This document shows positions 62,647-64,000 of a DNA stretch of 64,000 nucleotides, piece by piece. The DNA is from Neoconidiobolus thromboides FSU 785 (Eukaryota; Fungi; Entomophthoromycota), in contig MU626259.1 of assembly GCA_025603075.1 (NCBI GenBank), forward strand, positions 124,001 through 188,000, read 5' to 3'. Position numbers and translations under genes: made by a program. Each line of letters starts with the position of its first letter. The stretch's first letter is position 1. The notes beneath the pieces were generated by a model. The model saw only the letters and a program-made list of their open reading frames with translations, searched no databases and was not told where the DNA came from.

Positions 62647-64000
62647 ATATTTTCCAATGCTTTTTGATATTAATAAATATGTAAATATGTTTCTTTTGTT
62701 GTTAATTTAATTACAAAGGTAGGTTTAAAAGTTTGCGAATTTAGCTTTTTCTAATAAATAAAGTATTTTTTTTCTATACAAATATAACATACATGTCTAA
62801 AATTGCCTACAGATTTCTATTAATTGAATAGCCTATTTCCAACATATAATCATTATTGATGAGAATTTTAGAACTTAAAGCAAATTTCTACTTTTTCATT
62901 TAGTAAAGAAAATGTGCCATATACCACCATTTATGAAATTTTGGATATCTTAATAATAAATAATACAATTAGTATTGAATTCGAGATTTATAATATTTGT
63001 AGCTTGTATTATAGATTATTCTAAAAGGTTTTACATGCCAAAAGCCTTAGGACTTTGTAATACTAGACTATTCTATTTGTAAAGTCATTTTAAAATTTGT
63101 ATATTTTTTTATATCTCAAAAGATAACAATTCAATTAATTTAAACCTTTGTATATATATAAATGATATACTGAATAATAAATTTATAAAAATAAAGCTCA
63201 TTTAATTTAATTAATATACTCTTATTTAACATAGTTTTTGAGCTTTTTATTCTCCCCTTATAATGTCAAGGGTTATATTTAGAATATAATAATTTTACAC
63301 TTGAATTATTAAGTCTGTTTTTACAACTTTTACACTTAAAATGGAACATAATATTGAAATAAAAATAAAATAATTTTAATTATTTGATTGTTATGTTAAA
63401 GCAATAATATATTATTTTTTATATATCACTAATTGTTTAAATGGAAATAATAACAACATATATTAACTTAATATCATTCTTTAATTTGAGTTATAAATTG
63501 TTATTTCTTACCAAAAAAGGATTAATAAAAAAATGGGTAATATTCTTTAAAAAAATTGAGCATTTTCAAAAACTTGAGAGAAACTAAACTAACTTTGATT
63601 ACGTCTTTTAGTTAGTATTAAAATTAGGTAACCTGCTAAAGTTTAATTATCTTAAAATCTTTTATAAATAAAGTTCTCATGTTATTATTATTATTATTAG
63701 TAATATTAAATAGATGTGAATACTAAAAAATAAAAAGCCCTATATAAAATTAATCAATGTTATCATTTTTAATCTTTTAACTATATTTGTTAAAATTTCC
63801 CCTTATTTTACAATCCTAAAAAATGTAAAATATTAACTAGTATTTTATAAAACATTTAATCTTTGATATTAAAACAGTATAAGCGAACAATTTCTCCATA
63901 AAAAAAGAACCTTATTACAGAGGGATCTTTTATTTAAAGAATAATACAACATAAAAAATGAGTTTTTTTTTTGAAAAAAACTAAGCCAGGTTTGGAGATC

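Overview
AT-rich eukaryotic (fungal) genomic DNA with short ~47-59 nt GT-AG introns. The Zn2Cys6, Gti1/Pac2, tricalbin, Atg22 and Rib7 genes show a fungus; an early-diverging, Conidiobolus-like lineage is my inference only. The window has three zones. (1) 0-31 kb is an accessory zone: a secreted tyrosinase, an Old Yellow Enzyme plus a decayed full-length copy, a flavodoxin-like quinone reductase, a Zn2Cys6 factor, four TM-SPRY-PPxY paralogs (one pseudogene), three remotely related helical orphan ORFs, an F-BAR/SH3 gene and two tRNAs. (2) 33-53.7 kb is a compact, intron-rich housekeeping block: ATG22, EF-hand NADH dehydrogenase, tricalbin, RIB7, CCDC97, RAD57/XRCC3-like, DHRS12. (3) 54-64 kb is gene-poor, with decayed membrane-protein genes and a second Gti1/Pac2 gene. 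The main feature missed by the ORF track is a ~100-bp MITE family with 14 copies, GGG...CCC termini and 4-bp target-site duplications; one insertion is supported by an empty paralogous site. Its 5' half reads as a complete 48-nt spliceosomal intron (GTATTT...TACTAAC...AATAG). All family assignments are by motif recognition by eye; no database search was run.
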